DNA from: a bacterium
Lineage (GTDB): Bacteria > Patescibacteriota > Minisyncoccia > UBA6257 > Colwellbacteraceae
DNA: 46,854 nucleotides
Direction: 5' to 3'
Assembly: GCA_029548485.1 (NCBI GenBank)
Contig: JAKPNH010000011.1
Span: 1-46,854, forward strand
Part shown: piece by piece, positions 17,272 through 26,858 of the stretch
Layout of the letters: every line of letters starts with the position of its first letter
How positions within the stretch are numbered: the stretch's first letter is position 1
Translations under genes and position numbers: made by a program
Notes under the pieces: model-generated
What the model saw: only the letters and a program-made list of their open reading frames with translations
Told to the model about the DNA's origin: nothing
Databases searched by the model: none

Positions 17272-17952
17272 TTAGCCGGATTTTTCGTCGTTAGTAAAGA
17301 CTTCTCCTTTGTAAATCCAGACTTTGATGCCGACCGCTCCGTAGGTGGCGAAGGCGGTGGCTTCGGCGTAATCAATGTCGGCTCTCAAGCTTGAAAGCGG
17401 CAAACTGCCCCTGGTCAGCCATTCGCGGCGGGAAATCTCCGCTCCGTCCAAACGGCCGGAAAGCTTGATTTTCACGCCTTTCACCTCTCTGTGGTTCATC
17501 ACGTCCTCGATGGCTTTCTTGATGGTCGGCCTGAAACGAAACCTTTTCTCCAGGTCGTTCGCGATATTCTGGGCGACCACTTGGGCCGAAATGTCTCCCC
17601 GTCCGAGCTCCATCACGGTCAAGCTGATTTCCGTCGGCGGAAGCTTGCTCCGTTTGTGGAGTTTGGATATTTCCCTGTTCAAAAGCTTGGTGATGTCTTC
17701 AATGCCTTTGCCGCCCCGTCCGATGATGATTCCCGGCCGGCTGGCTTTGATGATGATACGGCAGGAGCTGGCCGTCCTTTCTATCTCGACCGAAGCGATG
17801 CCGGCTTCTCTCAATTTCTTGTTGATCAGCTTCCGGATCAAGCTGTCTTCTTCGAGAACGAATTTCCGGTTTTTGGGGTCGGCAAACCAGCGAGAATCCC
17901 AGTTCTTCAGAACGCCCAGTCGGAAGGATGTCGGTTTTATTTTTTGTGACAT
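17272..17952 (-). CDS. rpsC: Ribosomal protein uS3
   Basis: Starts MSQKIKPTSFRLG, has a KH domain and contains GRLDGAEISRREW. Confidence 0.97.
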   Translation of the reverse strand: MSQKIKPTSFRLGVLKNWDSRWFADPKNRKFVLEEDSLIRKLINKKLREAGIASVEIERTASSCRIIIKASRPGIIIGRGGKGIEDITKLLNREISKLHKRSKLPPTEISLTVMELGRGDISAQVVAQNIANDLEKRFRFRPTIKKAIEDVMNHREVKGVKIKLSGRLDGAEISRREWLTRGSLPLSSLRADIDYAEATAFATYGAVGIKVWIYKGEVFTNDEKSG

Positions 17953-17956
17953 GTTT

Positions 17957-18478
17957 TTATATGGATTTCCTTCTAAAGACGCGCCTCACGAGCCCGCCTT
18001 TGTCTTTCGGCTCTTCGAGACCTGTGGTTTTCTCTTCCAACTCGACTTTCGGCTTTTCGGATTTCGGTTTCTTTTCGGTTCTCGGTTTTTTCGACGTTTC
18101 TTTGGAAGTTTTTTCCGGAAAAACGAATTTCGAAGCTTTGACTTTTTCGGATTCTTCAAGCTTCAAGAAAATATGGGAGCGCTTTTTCTGGATGGGCGTC
18201 GCCCGGCCTTGGGCCCGCGGAAGCCAACGCTTCAGCATCGGTCCTCCGTCAACCCGTATTTCCTTGATAACGAGTTTCTCCGGTTTGAATCCCAGATTCT
18301 TGGCGTTCGCGATGGCCGAATCCAAAAGTTTCAACATCGGTCCGGCGGCCCGTTCGCGGCGAAGGGAGAGTTCCGCCTTGGCCTCAAAGGCCGACCTATT
18401 CCGCATCAGGCCGGCGATGGCCCTCGCTTTGCGCGGAGCCACGTCCAGATTCATCAGTTTTGCCTTTATCTCTTGCAT
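17957..18478 (-). CDS. rplV: Ribosomal protein uL22 with a Lys/Glu-rich C-terminal tail
   Basis: The L22 core covers residues 1-110 (APRKARAIAGLMRN... GPMLKRWLPRAQGRATPIQKKRSHI), followed by a charged tail of about 60 aa. Confidence 0.9.
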   Translation of the reverse strand: MQEIKAKLMNLDVAPRKARAIAGLMRNRSAFEAKAELSLRRERAAGPMLKLLDSAIANAKNLGFKPEKLVIKEIRVDGGPMLKRWLPRAQGRATPIQKKRSHIFLKLEESEKVKASKFVFPEKTSKETSKKPRTEKKPKSEKPKVELEEKTTGLEEPKDKGGLVRRVFRRKSI

Positions 18479-18483
18479 GTTGC

Positions 18484-18810
18484 TTATTTGCTGGTTTTAT
18501 CCGCCGGAGCCGGAGCAACCGGAGCTCCCACGCCCTTTTCCAATTCTTTCTGCATTTTTCCGCCGTGGCGGATGAACTTGCGGGTCGTGGCGAATTCTCC
18601 GAACTTGTGCCCGACCATTTCTTCGGTCACCCTCACTTCGATGAAATCTTTTCCGTTGTGGACGCCGAAAACGAATCCGACCATTTCCGGAGCGACCGAA
18701 CTATGTCGCGCCCACGTTTTAATGACCGTTTTGTCTCCGGGCTTCAAACCCGCGATCTTTTTCAAAAGGCTCGCTTCGACGTATGGACCTTTGCGGCTGC
18801 TTCTAGACAT
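18484..18810 (-). CDS. rpsS: Ribosomal protein uS19
   Basis: Contains [10 protein letters not shown] and [13 protein letters not shown]. Confidence 0.95.
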   Translation of the reverse strand: MSRSSRKGPYVEASLLKKIAGLKPGDKTVIKTWARHSSVAPEMVGFVFGVHNGKDFIEVRVTEEMVGHKFGEFATTRKFIRHGGKMQKELEKGVGAPVAPAPADKTSK

Positions 18811-18814
18811 AGTT

Positions 18815-19654
18815 TTATTTCTTTTTCTTCGGCCTTCGTTTGGTTATCAAAACGTTCGACCATTTTTTCTGGTTTCTGGTTTTTCTGCCTCCGGTGATCT
18901 TGCCCCATTTGGTTTTCGGTTTCTTGGTGCCTCGGGGCTGCCTGCCTTCGCCGCCGCCGTAAGGATGGTCAACCGGATTCATGGCTGTTCCCCTTACCGT
19001 CGGCCTGATCCCCATGCCGCGGGTGCGGCCGGCTTTGCCGATGTTGACCAAACTCCAATCGGCGTTGGAAACCTGGCCCAAAGTGGCGAAATTGCTCCAA
19101 ATGACCTTGCGGATTTCTCCGGAAGGCATCTTGAGCTGGGTGTATCCGGCGTCGTGCCCCAAAACTTCGGCCGACGAACCGGCAGAACGGACGATCTGTC
19201 CGCCCTTGCCCGGATTCAACTCGATGTTGAAAACGGCGTATCCGACCGGGATGTTCTTGAGCATCAATCTGTTTCCGGGGACGAGCTCCGCGTTTTCCGC
19301 GGTGATGATCGTCGAACCCGTTTTCGCTCCTTGGGGCGCGATCGAATAGCGCTTGGTTCCGTCTTTGTAGACGAGCTTCATGATGAAAGCCGTGCGGTAA
19401 GGATCGTATTCCAGTGATTCGATTCTCGCCGGTACGTTCAGCTTGTCGTTGCGGCGGAAATCGATGATCCGGTAAGTCCGCTTGTTGCCGGCTCCCTGGT
19501 GCCTCATGGTGATGCGGCCCCGGTTGTTGCGGCCGGCCCTATCCTGGAGTTTCATCGTCAATTTCTTTTCCGGCTTCACCCCGCTCAAAACCAAGCGGTA
19601 ATCTGGCGCCGTCATGTGCCTTCTCGATGGAGTTGTCGGATTATACTTTTTCAT
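18815..19654 (-). CDS. rplB: Ribosomal protein uL2
   Basis: Contains [34 protein letters not shown] and the C-terminal basic tail. Confidence 0.97.
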   Translation of the reverse strand: MKKYNPTTPSRRHMTAPDYRLVLSGVKPEKKLTMKLQDRAGRNNRGRITMRHQGAGNKRTYRIIDFRRNDKLNVPARIESLEYDPYRTAFIMKLVYKDGTKRYSIAPQGAKTGSTIITAENAELVPGNRLMLKNIPVGYAVFNIELNPGKGGQIVRSAGSSAEVLGHDAGYTQLKMPSGEIRKVIWSNFATLGQVSNADWSLVNIGKAGRTRGMGIRPTVRGTAMNPVDHPYGGGEGRQPRGTKKPKTKWGKITGGRKTRNQKKWSNVLITKRRPKKKK

Positions 19655-19913
19655 TGATGGTTTGTCCCTTCTTCAAAGTGACGACGGCTTTTTTCAGATT
19701 CTTTTTGGCGATCCGGGTGATATTCATGGCGACGACGTTCACCTTGTATTTTTTCTCGATCTGCTTCCTGACTTCGCTTTTATTCAAGGTGTTCTTGATT
19801 ATGAAAACAAACTGGTTGAATCCGCCGAGCCTCCCGGTCTTTTCGCTAAGATAAAACCGGATATCGGCCTTCTCTTTGACGTCTTTGGCTTTTTTTTCCT
19901 TATTTGACGGCAT
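19641..19913 (-). CDS. rplW: Ribosomal protein uL23
   Basis: 90 aa, lying between rplD and rplB, with a typical basic composition and KVNVVAMN. Confidence 0.85.
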   Translation of the reverse strand: MPSNKEKKAKDVKEKADIRFYLSEKTGRLGGFNQFVFIIKNTLNKSEVRKQIEKKYKVNVVAMNITRIAKKNLKKAVVTLKKGQTINEKV

Positions 19914-20538
19914 GGTAGTGCGAATCTATCGCGGCGATCGCGTTTTTTTCTATGAAAATTTCCTTGAATTTCATGAGATCGTAAACGTTCAAGTCTTTCG
20001 GCCCGATGCTTTTCACTTTCGAGAGGTTGGCCGAAGCCCGATGGACGTTTTTGTTGCCGATCTCCGGAATCAAAAGCGCGTTCGGCGCCTTCTTTCCGAA
20101 AAAACTCTGAAGCGTGGAATATAAAATTTTGGTTTTCGGTTCGTTGATAGACAAGGAATCGATGAATTTCACCTCCTTGTCTTCCAGTTTCTTCGAAAGC
20201 ACGCTCATGATGGCCGCCTGCCTCATTTTCTGGTTCAACTTGACCGAATAATCCCTTTCCTTTTTGGGTCCGTGGGCGACGCCGCCGCCTTTCCAAATCG
20301 GGGATCTGGTCGATCCGTGCCTGGCGCGGCCCGTGCCTTTTTGACGCCACGGCTTTTTGCCGCCTCCAGAAACTTCGCCGCGGCCCTTGGCGTGAGCAAA
20401 AGGCTGCCGGCTGTTTTTCTCTTGGCTGTCCAAAGCCTGCTTCACCAGATCCGGTTTCCACGGGTAGCCAAAGATCCGATCGGGTATTTCCACCTGATCG
20501 ATCACTTCCATTTTGGCGTTGTAGAGATCGGCTTTCAT
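19900..20538 (-). CDS. rplD: Ribosomal protein uL4
   Basis: Contains GGGKKPWRQKGTGRARHGSTRSPIWKGGGVAHGP. Confidence 0.95.
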   Translation of the reverse strand: MKADLYNAKMEVIDQVEIPDRIFGYPWKPDLVKQALDSQEKNSRQPFAHAKGRGEVSGGGKKPWRQKGTGRARHGSTRSPIWKGGGVAHGPKKERDYSVKLNQKMRQAAIMSVLSKKLEDKEVKFIDSLSINEPKTKILYSTLQSFFGKKAPNALLIPEIGNKNVHRASANLSKVKSIGPKDLNVYDLMKFKEIFIEKNAIAAIDSHYHAVK

Positions 20539-20539
20539 T

Positions 20540-20962
20540 TTAGAGATAGATCTTGATTTTGCTTCCGCTCGCTCCCGGAATGGCTCCTTTCAAAGCCATG
20601 GTTTTCGCTTCGCTGTTCCAGGCGATCACTTTGACGTTCTTCACGGTTTTCCTGTCGACGCCCATGTGTCCGGCCATTTTATGGCCTTTCAAAACTCTCT
20701 GCGGAGCGGTGGCGCCGATCGAACCAGGAGCGCGGAGCCGGTCTTTCTGACCGTGCGTTTTCGGTCCGCCGTGGAAACCCCAGCGCTTGACTCCTCCCTG
20801 GAACCCGCGGCCCTTGGTGGTGCCGACGATCTTCACGGAAGCGTTTTCCGCGATTTCCGTGTTCTCCGGCACGTCCAAAACCGCCACCAAAGTGACCGGG
20901 ATCACCCTGTCTTCCTTGAAGATCTGGCTCATTTTGATTTTTTTCGCGGTAATGTAGGCCAT
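20540..20962 (-). CDS. rplC: Ribosomal protein uL3, short form (140 aa)
   Basis: Contains KKIKMSQIF..VIPVT, TTKGRGFQGGVKRWGFHGGPKTHG and MAGHMG. An internal segment of about 70 aa found in typical L3 is absent. Confidence 0.85.
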   Translation of the reverse strand: MAYITAKKIKMSQIFKEDRVIPVTLVAVLDVPENTEIAENASVKIVGTTKGRGFQGGVKRWGFHGGPKTHGQKDRLRAPGSIGATAPQRVLKGHKMAGHMGVDRKTVKNVKVIAWNSEAKTMALKGAIPGASGSKIKIYL

Positions 20963-20976
20963 TTGTTTAACGCCCT

Positions 20977-21007
20977 AAAAAATAACCGAGGAAGCCTCGG
21001 TTATTTT
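20977..21007 (-). terminator. Terminator-like hairpin between rpsJ and rplC
   Basis: Minus strand reads aaaataaccgagg-cttc-cctcggttatttttt, a stem with a T6 run, 14 nt before the rplC ATG. An A-run on the other side makes it symmetric. Confidence 0.5.
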
Positions 21008-21040
21008 GTGGGATTTCTATTGGCTATCCTCTATCCTATA

Positions 21041-21346
21041 CTACACTGTTTTTATTTCTATGTCCACCCCTGCGGGCAGATTCAAGTCGGATAGGGATTC
21101 GATCAACTTCTGCGTCGGATTAAGAATGTCGATCAGCCTCTTGTGAATCCTCATCTCGAACTGCTCGCGAGCGTTCTTGTGAACGAAAGTCGAGCGATTG
21201 ACCGTGTATTTCTTGAACTCGGTCGGAAGCGGCATCGGACCGACGATTTTGGTGTCCATTCGTTCCAGGACTTCCATGATCTGCTTGCAGGAATTGTCCA
21301 CCAGCTTCTGATCGTACGATTTGATTCTTAATCTGAGCTTTTCCAC
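21041..21346 (-). CDS. rpsJ: Ribosomal protein uS10
   Basis: GTG start. Contains LRIKSYD, GPMPLPT and RLIDILNPT. Confidence 0.95.
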   Translation of the reverse strand: MEKLRLRIKSYDQKLVDNSCKQIMEVLERMDTKIVGPMPLPTEFKKYTVNRSTFVHKNAREQFEMRIHKRLIDILNPTQKLIESLSDLNLPAGVDIEIKTV

Positions 21347-21361
21347 GTTAGAATAGCGATT

Positions 21362-22561
21362 TTATTTGACGATTTTGGAGATGACTCCGGCGCCAACGGT
21401 CTTTCCTCCTTCGCGGATGGCGAAATGCTGCTTTTCTTCGAGAGCGATCGGAGCGAGAAGCTTGATCGTCACGTTGACCGTGTCTCCGGGCATGGCCATT
21501 TCCATTCCTTGCGGCAGGATCATTTCACCGGTGACGTCCGTGGTCCTCATGTAGAACTGCGGCTTGTATCCGGGGAAGATCGGGGTGTGCCGTCCGCCTT
21601 CTTCTTTGGTCAAAAGATAAACTTCGGCCTCGAAGTCGGTGTGCGGCGTGACCGATCCGGGTTTGGCGATGATCTGTCCGCGCTCCACGTCCTCCTTCTT
21701 GATGCCGCGGATCAAAACACCGACATTGTCTCCGGCTTGCCCTTCGTCCAAGGTCTTGTTGAACATCTCGATTCCGGTGACCACGGTTTTCATGGTCGGT
21801 TTCAAGCCGATGAGTTCCACTTCGTCGTTCACGTGGACCGCGCCTCTCTCGATGCGGCCGGTGACGACGGTGCCGCGGCCTTCGATCGTAAAGATGTCTT
21901 CGATCGGCATCAGGAACGGCTTATCCGTTTCCCTTTTCGGTTCCGGAATATAGGAGTCCAAAGCGTCCACCAATTCCAAGATCGGTTTGACCGCCGGATC
22001 GTCGAGCGAGCTCGCCTCGAGCGCCTTCAGGGCCGAACCTTTGATGATCGGCGCTTCGTCGCCCTTGTAGCTGTATTTGGAAAGAAGTTCCCTCACTTCG
22101 GCTTCGACAAGCGCCACCAGTTCCGGGTCGTCCACCATGTCGACTTTGTTGAGGAAAACCACCATGGCCGGAACTCCGACCTGATGGGCGAGCAGGATGT
22201 GCTCTCTGGTCTGGGGCATCGGGCCGTCGGCGGCGGAAACGACGAGAATCGCTCCGTCCATCTGGGCGGCGCCGGTGATCATGTTCTTGATGTAGTCCGC
22301 GTGTCCCGGAGCGTCGATGTGGGCGTAATGCCTCTTCTCCGACTCGTACTCCGAGTGGTGCAGGGCGATGGTGATACCGCGCGCCTTTTCTTCCGGCGCC
22401 TTGTCGATATTGTCGACTTTCTCTTCTTTCTTCGCTAAACCTTTGAGGTAAAGAACGTGGGTAATAGCCGCCGTCAAAGTGGTCTTGCCGTGGTCGACGT
22501 GACCGATGGTGCCGACGTTGACGTGCGGTTTAGTTCTTGAAAATTTCTCTTTTTCGGCCAT
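21362..22561 (-). CDS. tuf: Elongation factor Tu
   Basis: Contains [22 protein letters not shown] and NKVDMV. Canonical over its full length. Confidence 0.99.
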   Translation of the reverse strand: MAEKEKFSRTKPHVNVGTIGHVDHGKTTLTAAITHVLYLKGLAKKEEKVDNIDKAPEEKARGITIALHHSEYESEKRHYAHIDAPGHADYIKNMITGAAQMDGAILVVSAADGPMPQTREHILLAHQVGVPAMVVFLNKVDMVDDPELVALVEAEVRELLSKYSYKGDEAPIIKGSALKALEASSLDDPAVKPILELVDALDSYIPEPKRETDKPFLMPIEDIFTIEGRGTVVTGRIERGAVHVNDEVELIGLKPTMKTVVTGIEMFNKTLDEGQAGDNVGVLIRGIKKEDVERGQIIAKPGSVTPHTDFEAEVYLLTKEEGGRHTPIFPGYKPQFYMRTTDVTGEMILPQGMEMAMPGDTVNVTIKLLAPIALEEKQHFAIREGGKTVGAGVISKIVK

Positions 22562-22601
22562 TTTTGAATTTAATTATTTTTTATGACTTTGCGACCTTAA
22601 A

Positions 22602-22631
22602 ATATTACTGATTGATGGGGGTATTTGTCAA
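22602..22631 (-). promoter_or_regulatory. Promoter TTGACA-18-TAATAT upstream of tuf, with a leader of about 40 nt
   Basis: Minus strand reads TTGACA aatacccccatcaatcag TAATAT. Confidence 0.55.
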
Positions 22632-22659
22632 GGTTTTTTCTGGGTTTTTGGAGTTCCGG

Positions 22660-24762
22660 CTATTTCTTCCCGGAAATGATCGCCTCTTCCAGATTCTTCG
22701 GAACGACATCGTAGTGATCGAATTCCATGGTGAACGCCCCTCTTCCCTGGGTCATCGACCTCAATTTGGTGGCGTAACCGAACATTTCCGAGAGCGGAAC
22801 CATGGCATCGACCACTTTGGTGTTGGCCCGGTCGTTCATCGCTTCGATCTTTCCCCTTTTCGAGGAAAGGTCTCCCGTGATGTCTCCCAAAAATTCCGAA
22901 GGAATGATCACCTGGATTTTCATCACCGGCTCCAGAATCACCGGCTTGGCTTTTTTGGCGCCCTCCTGCAAAGCCATGGAAGCGGCGATCTTGAAAGCGG
23001 CTTCGGACGAGTCGACTTCGTGGAAAGAGCCGTCGTAAAGGGTCACTTCGAGGTCGGTCAGCTGATAGCCGGCGATGACGCCCCGATCGAGCGCTTCGCG
23101 GACGCCTTTTTCGACGGCCGGAATGAATTCGCGGGGAATGGCTCCTCCCTTGATGGCGTCGACGAAAGTGAATCCGTCTCCGCGATCCTTGGAATTGACC
23201 TTGAGCCAGACGTGTCCGTACTGGCCGCGGCCGCCGGACTGCCTCACGTATTTGCCTTCGGCCTCGGCCGTTCCCAAAACGGTTTCTTTATAGGCGACTT
23301 GCGGCCGGCCGACGTCGGCTTCGACCGAGAATTCGCGCCGCATCCTTTCTACCAAAACTTCGAGGTGGAGTTCGCCCATTCCGGCGATGATCGTCTCTCC
23401 GGTTTCGGGATCTCCGGAAACCCTGAAAGTCGGGTCTTCCTCGGCCAGGCGATGAAGGGCCATGCCCATTTTCTCCTGGTCGGCTTTGGTTTTCGGAGAA
23501 ACCCTCTGTTCAATGACCGGCTGCGGAAAAGTGATTTTTTCCAAAATGATCGGCTTTTCCGGATCGCAAAGCGAATCACCGGTCGTCGTGTTTTTGAGTC
23601 CGACCAGGGCGCCGATTTCTCCGGCGTAGATTTCATCCACTTCTTCCCTGTCGTTCGCGTGCATCCGCAAAATGCGGCCGATTCTCTCCTGGTTGTTTTT
23701 GGTGGAATTCAGAATGTAGCTTCCCCGGCTAAGCTTACCGCTGTAGACGCGGAAATAGGTGAGGCTTCCGACAAAAGGATCGGTGGCGATCTTGAAAGCC
23801 AAAGCCGTGAAAGGCTCGTCGTCGCTCGGCCGGCGTTCGATCTCTTCGTTGGTTTTCGGGTCGTGGCCTTTGACCGGAGGAAGGTCGGTCGGCGACGGCA
23901 AATAGTCGATAACCGCGTCGAGCACCAATTGGACGCCCTTATTCTTCAAGGCCGAACCGCAGACGACCGGAACGATCTTCAAAGAAAGGACCGCTTTTCT
24001 CAAAACCCTCCGCAGATCTTCGAGGCCGATTTCCTTTCCTTCGAGATAGTCGGACATCAGCTTGTCGTCGTTCTCGACGATCTTTTCTAGAAGCGTTTGC
24101 CTGGCCGCTTTGGCGGCTTCGATCATATTCTCGGGAATGGAAATCTCCGTCACCTTTTCTCCGTGCTCGCCTTCGAAATCAAAGGCTTTCATCTGCAGAA
24201 GGTCGATCACGCCCTTGAAGTCGCTTTCGGCGCCGATCGGCAGCTGGATCGGTACGGCGTTCAAAGTGAGCCTTTCGTGGATGGATTTCAAAACAAAATC
24301 GAAGCTCGCGCCCATGCGGTCCATCTTGTTGATGAAACAGATGCGGGGAACCCCGTATTCGTCGGCGTAGTGCCAGTTGGTCTCGGACTGCGGCTCCACT
24401 CCGGAAACGCCGTCGAAAACGACCACGGCGCCGTCCAGAACGCGGAGCGAACGCTTAACTTCGACCGTGAAATCGATATGTCCCGGGGTGTCGATCAGGT
24501 TGATCCGGTGCTCGAAAGCCTTGTCGCCTTTTCTGTAAGTCGGAATCCAAAAACAGGTGGTCGCGGCCGAAGTGATGGTGATGCCCCGCTCGCGCTCCTG
24601 GTCCATCCAGTCCATGATCGCCTGGCCCTCGTGGACTTCGCCGAGCTTGTGGGAAATGCCGGTATAAAAAAGGATCCTCTCCGAAACCGTGGTTTTTCCG
24701 GCGTCGATGTGGGCGATGATGCCGATGTCGCGGTTCTTCTCGATTGGATAGAGTCTAGCCAT
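22660..24762 (-). CDS. fusA: Elongation factor G
   Basis: Contains [17 protein letters not shown] and NKMDR. 700 aa and canonical. Confidence 0.99.
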   Translation of the reverse strand: MARLYPIEKNRDIGIIAHIDAGKTTVSERILFYTGISHKLGEVHEGQAIMDWMDQERERGITITSAATTCFWIPTYRKGDKAFEHRINLIDTPGHIDFTVEVKRSLRVLDGAVVVFDGVSGVEPQSETNWHYADEYGVPRICFINKMDRMGASFDFVLKSIHERLTLNAVPIQLPIGAESDFKGVIDLLQMKAFDFEGEHGEKVTEISIPENMIEAAKAARQTLLEKIVENDDKLMSDYLEGKEIGLEDLRRVLRKAVLSLKIVPVVCGSALKNKGVQLVLDAVIDYLPSPTDLPPVKGHDPKTNEEIERRPSDDEPFTALAFKIATDPFVGSLTYFRVYSGKLSRGSYILNSTKNNQERIGRILRMHANDREEVDEIYAGEIGALVGLKNTTTGDSLCDPEKPIILEKITFPQPVIEQRVSPKTKADQEKMGMALHRLAEEDPTFRVSGDPETGETIIAGMGELHLEVLVERMRREFSVEADVGRPQVAYKETVLGTAEAEGKYVRQSGGRGQYGHVWLKVNSKDRGDGFTFVDAIKGGAIPREFIPAVEKGVREALDRGVIAGYQLTDLEVTLYDGSFHEVDSSEAAFKIAASMALQEGAKKAKPVILEPVMKIQVIIPSEFLGDITGDLSSKRGKIEAMNDRANTKVVDAMVPLSEMFGYATKLRSMTQGRGAFTMEFDHYDVVPKNLEEAIISGKK

Positions 24763-24786
24763 GAAGGTGGAAAATGGTTGTCAAGG

Positions 24787-25251
24787 TTATCTCGCGAAAT
24801 GCGCGAAAGCCCGGTTGGCTTCGGCCATTCGGTGAATGTCCAATTTTTTCTTGATGGCCGCCCCTTCGTTCTTGGAGGCGGCGATGATTTCTTCGGCCAA
24901 GCGCTCGGCGATCGGCTTACCCTTCTTTGATCTCGCGGCATCGATGATCCATTTGCAAGCCAGCATGAATTTCCTTTCCTCGCGGACTTCGCGCGGCACC
25001 TGATAGTTGGCGCCGCCGACTCTCTTGGAAGCGACCTCCAAAAGCGGCGAAGCGTTTTCCAAAGCCTTCGAAAAAACCGCCATCGGATCCGGATTCTCCT
25101 TGGCGACGATATCCATGGCGTCGTAAAAATTCTTCTCGGCGACGGACTTCTTTCCGTCGTACATCAGATAATTGATGAACCGGCTGACGGCGATGTCGCC
25201 GTACTTTACGTCCGGTTTTCTTTCCCTTTTATAGTTTCTCTTTTTTCTCAT
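24787..25251 (-). CDS. rpsG: Ribosomal protein uS7
   Basis: In str-operon order, ending ...RMAEANRAFAHFAR. Confidence 0.95.
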   Translation of the reverse strand: MRKKRNYKRERKPDVKYGDIAVSRFINYLMYDGKKSVAEKNFYDAMDIVAKENPDPMAVFSKALENASPLLEVASKRVGGANYQVPREVREERKFMLACKWIIDAARSKKGKPIAERLAEEIIAASKNEGAAIKKKLDIHRMAEANRAFAHFAR

Positions 25252-25260
25252 TGTTCAAAA

Positions 25261-25674
25261 TTACGCGGCTTTCGGCTTCTTGGCGCCGTATTTGCTCCTT
25301 TGCTGTTTTCTTTGCACGCCGGCGGTATCGAGCCTGCCCCGGACAATGTGGTATCTCACTCCCGGGAGGTCTTTGACGCGGCCGCCGCGGATCATCACCA
25401 CCGAGTGCTCCTGCAAATTATGCCCTTCGCCGGGAATATAGGCGGTCACTTCCATGCCGTTCGTAAGCCTGACCCTCGCCACTTTGCGCAAAGCGGAATT
25501 CGGTTTTTTCGGGGTAACCGTGGAAACCTTCAAACACACTCCCCGCTTGAAAGGAGAATTGGAATAGACCGGCTTGTTTTGGAGCACGTTCATATAACGC
25601 CCCAAAGCCGGGGTTTTGTCTTTTTTCAAAGCAGTCTTCCTGCCTTTTTTCAAAAGTTGTGGAATTGTCGGCAC
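25261..25674 (-). CDS. rpsL: Ribosomal protein uS12
   Basis: GTG start followed by PTIPQLL. Contains [20 protein letters not shown] and [26 protein letters not shown]. Confidence 0.97.
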   Translation of the reverse strand: MPTIPQLLKKGRKTALKKDKTPALGRYMNVLQNKPVYSNSPFKRGVCLKVSTVTPKKPNSALRKVARVRLTNGMEVTAYIPGEGHNLQEHSVVMIRGGRVKDLPGVRYHIVRGRLDTAGVQRKQQRSKYGAKKPKAA

Positions 25675-25681
25675 GACACCT

Positions 25682-25710
25682 AATATACCAAGCTGTTGAG
25701 TTTAAGTCAA
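25682..25710 (-). promoter_or_regulatory. Promoter TTGACT-17-(TGg)TATATT. The -10 ends 7 nt before the rpsL GTG.
   Basis: Minus strand reads TTGACT taaactcaacagcttgg TATATT aggtgtc GTG. Confidence 0.55.
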
Positions 25711-25736
25711 TAATATCGAGGCTTTTTCCGGTCCGT

Positions 25737-26330
25737 TCAATACCCCTGGCCGGTGAACAATCTGAAAATCAAACTTCCCGCGACCGGCAAAAAAGCCTGG
25801 GCCACCAGAAGGGCGATCAGGATCCCCCAAGCCCCGAGCCTCATCATGCCTGCCCAGGCCCGCGGGAAAAGCTCGTGGAATATTTTCGAGCCGTCGAGCG
25901 GCGGAAACGGCAGGAGATTGAACAAACCCAGGGAAATATTGACGATCACCACTTCTTCGAAAAGCATGACGGCGACCGGAGAAAAATATCCCGCTCCAAA
26001 ACGGACGAACAATCCGAAAACGGCCGCGAGAAGCATGTTGGCGGCGATGCCGGCGACGCTCACTTTGAGAACGCCGTTCTTTTGGTCTTTGAACAAAAAC
26101 GGATTCACCGGCACCGGCTTGGCCCAGCCGATGAAAGAACCGAAAAAGAACAAAGACACAAGCGGCACGATCACCGTTCCCGTCAAATCGAGGTGCGGAA
26201 CGGGATTTAAAGTCAGCCGGCCGGAATCCCGGGCGGTCGGGTCGCCCAACTCGAGCGCCATGAGGCCGTGGCTGTATTCGTGGAAAACAGCGGAAAGAAT
26301 GATGATGACGTATAAGACGAGGATATCCAT
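25737..26330 (-). CDS. Small site-2-protease-family (M50B) membrane metalloprotease
   Basis: HEYSHG zinc motif in TM1, LNPVPHLD and LLPFPPLDGSK. Confidence 0.8.
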   Translation of the reverse strand: MDILVLYVIIILSAVFHEYSHGLMALELGDPTARDSGRLTLNPVPHLDLTGTVIVPLVSLFFFGSFIGWAKPVPVNPFLFKDQKNGVLKVSVAGIAANMLLAAVFGLFVRFGAGYFSPVAVMLFEEVVIVNISLGLFNLLPFPPLDGSKIFHELFPRAWAGMMRLGAWGILIALLVAQAFLPVAGSLIFRLFTGQGY

Positions 26331-26345
26331 AAGGATTAAAGATGC

Positions 26346-26374
26346 TTTACATTATAAACGTTTTTGGCTAATAT
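26346..26374 (+). promoter_or_regulatory. Promoter TTTACA-17-TAATAT. The -10 ends 7 nt before the rpmB ATG.
   Basis: Plus strand reads TTTACA ttataaacgtttttggc TAATAT ttacacc ATG. Confidence 0.55.
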
Positions 26375-26381
26375 TTACACC

Positions 26382-26570
26382 ATGCGACAGTGCGCGATTT
26401 GCGGCAAAGGATCGATTCTCCGCTCTTCCAGGAACAAGCTCCGCGGCAAATACAATCCGACTCCGCTCAAAAGAAAATATCCGAATCTTCAATACACCCG
26501 AGACTCGAACGGTAAACGGGTTTTGGCTTGCGCCAAATGCATCAAAGCCCAGGCCAAGAAAACAAAATAG
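26382..26570 (+). CDS. rpmB: Ribosomal protein bL28 (Cys-containing form)
   Basis: Starts MRQCAICGKGS..R..N, with PNLQ and CAKC. I chose ATG 26382 because the TTG at 26364 lies inside the predicted promoter spacer. Confidence 0.8.
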   Translation: MRQCAICGKGSILRSSRNKLRGKYNPTPLKRKYPNLQYTRDSNGKRVLACAKCIKAQAKKTK

Positions 26571-26582
26571 AAACCGATAAAA

Positions 26583-26607
26583 GTCCCGCAGCTAGCGGGA
26601 CTTTTTG
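26583..26607 (+). terminator. Rho-independent terminator of rpmB
   Basis: gtcccgc-agcta-gcgggac followed by tttttgt. Confidence 0.75.
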
Positions 26608-26609
26608 TG

Positions 26610-26680
26610 TCGGGCTGCCGAGAATCGAACTCGGTCTACATGCACCCCATGCATGCGTACTACCGGTATACTACAGCCCG
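26610..26680 (-). tRNA. tRNA-Pro (anticodon GGG), no encoded CCA
   Basis: Hand-folded cloverleaf: acceptor CGGGCTG/CAGCCCG, D arm GTAT-ACCGGTA-GTAC, anticodon arm CATGC-ATGGGGT-GCATG, T arm CCGAG-TTCGATT-CTCGG. C1-G72 with A73 is typical of bacterial tRNA-Pro. Confidence 0.85.
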
Positions 26681-26718
26681 GGAGAATGACGCCTTAATTT
26701 TTACCACAGTCCCGAATC

Positions 26719-26852
26719 AAAAACAAAAATCCCTCTCCTATTGATTACCCGGCCGAAGCCAAGGTGGGAATCCTCAATTCCTGCCCACGGGCGAGAATGC
26801 TGTCGGTTTCCCCCAAAAATATCTTTGATCCGGAATCATAAGGAGAGGGATC
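26719..26852 (-). ncRNA. Unclassified structured small RNA (about 130 nt) with its own promoter and terminator
   Basis: An extended -10 (TGgTATAAT, 26859-26867) lies 7 nt upstream. A closing helix of about 18 bp pairs 26834-26851 with 26729-26746 and is followed by TTTTTGTTTTT. Internal hairpins include a cUUCGg tetraloop (26748-26763) whose G-U pairs form only on the minus strand. There is no credible ORF. Confidence 0.6.
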
Positions 26853-26858
26853 GATCTG

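Noticed and set aside
26364-26381. TTG start for rpmB (MANIYT extension)
   Set aside because: It lies within the spacer and -10 of the predicted promoter. L28 homologues begin at the M-x-x-C motif.
26719-26852. Whether the small RNA is the 4.5S/SRP RNA or 6S RNA
   Set aside because: I looked for the SRP helix-8 pattern (5' CAGG ... GNRA ... AGCA 3' symmetric loop) and could not place it consistently. The fold is multi-branched rather than a single long hairpin, and about 130 nt is short for 6S. The RNA is left unclassified rather than named.
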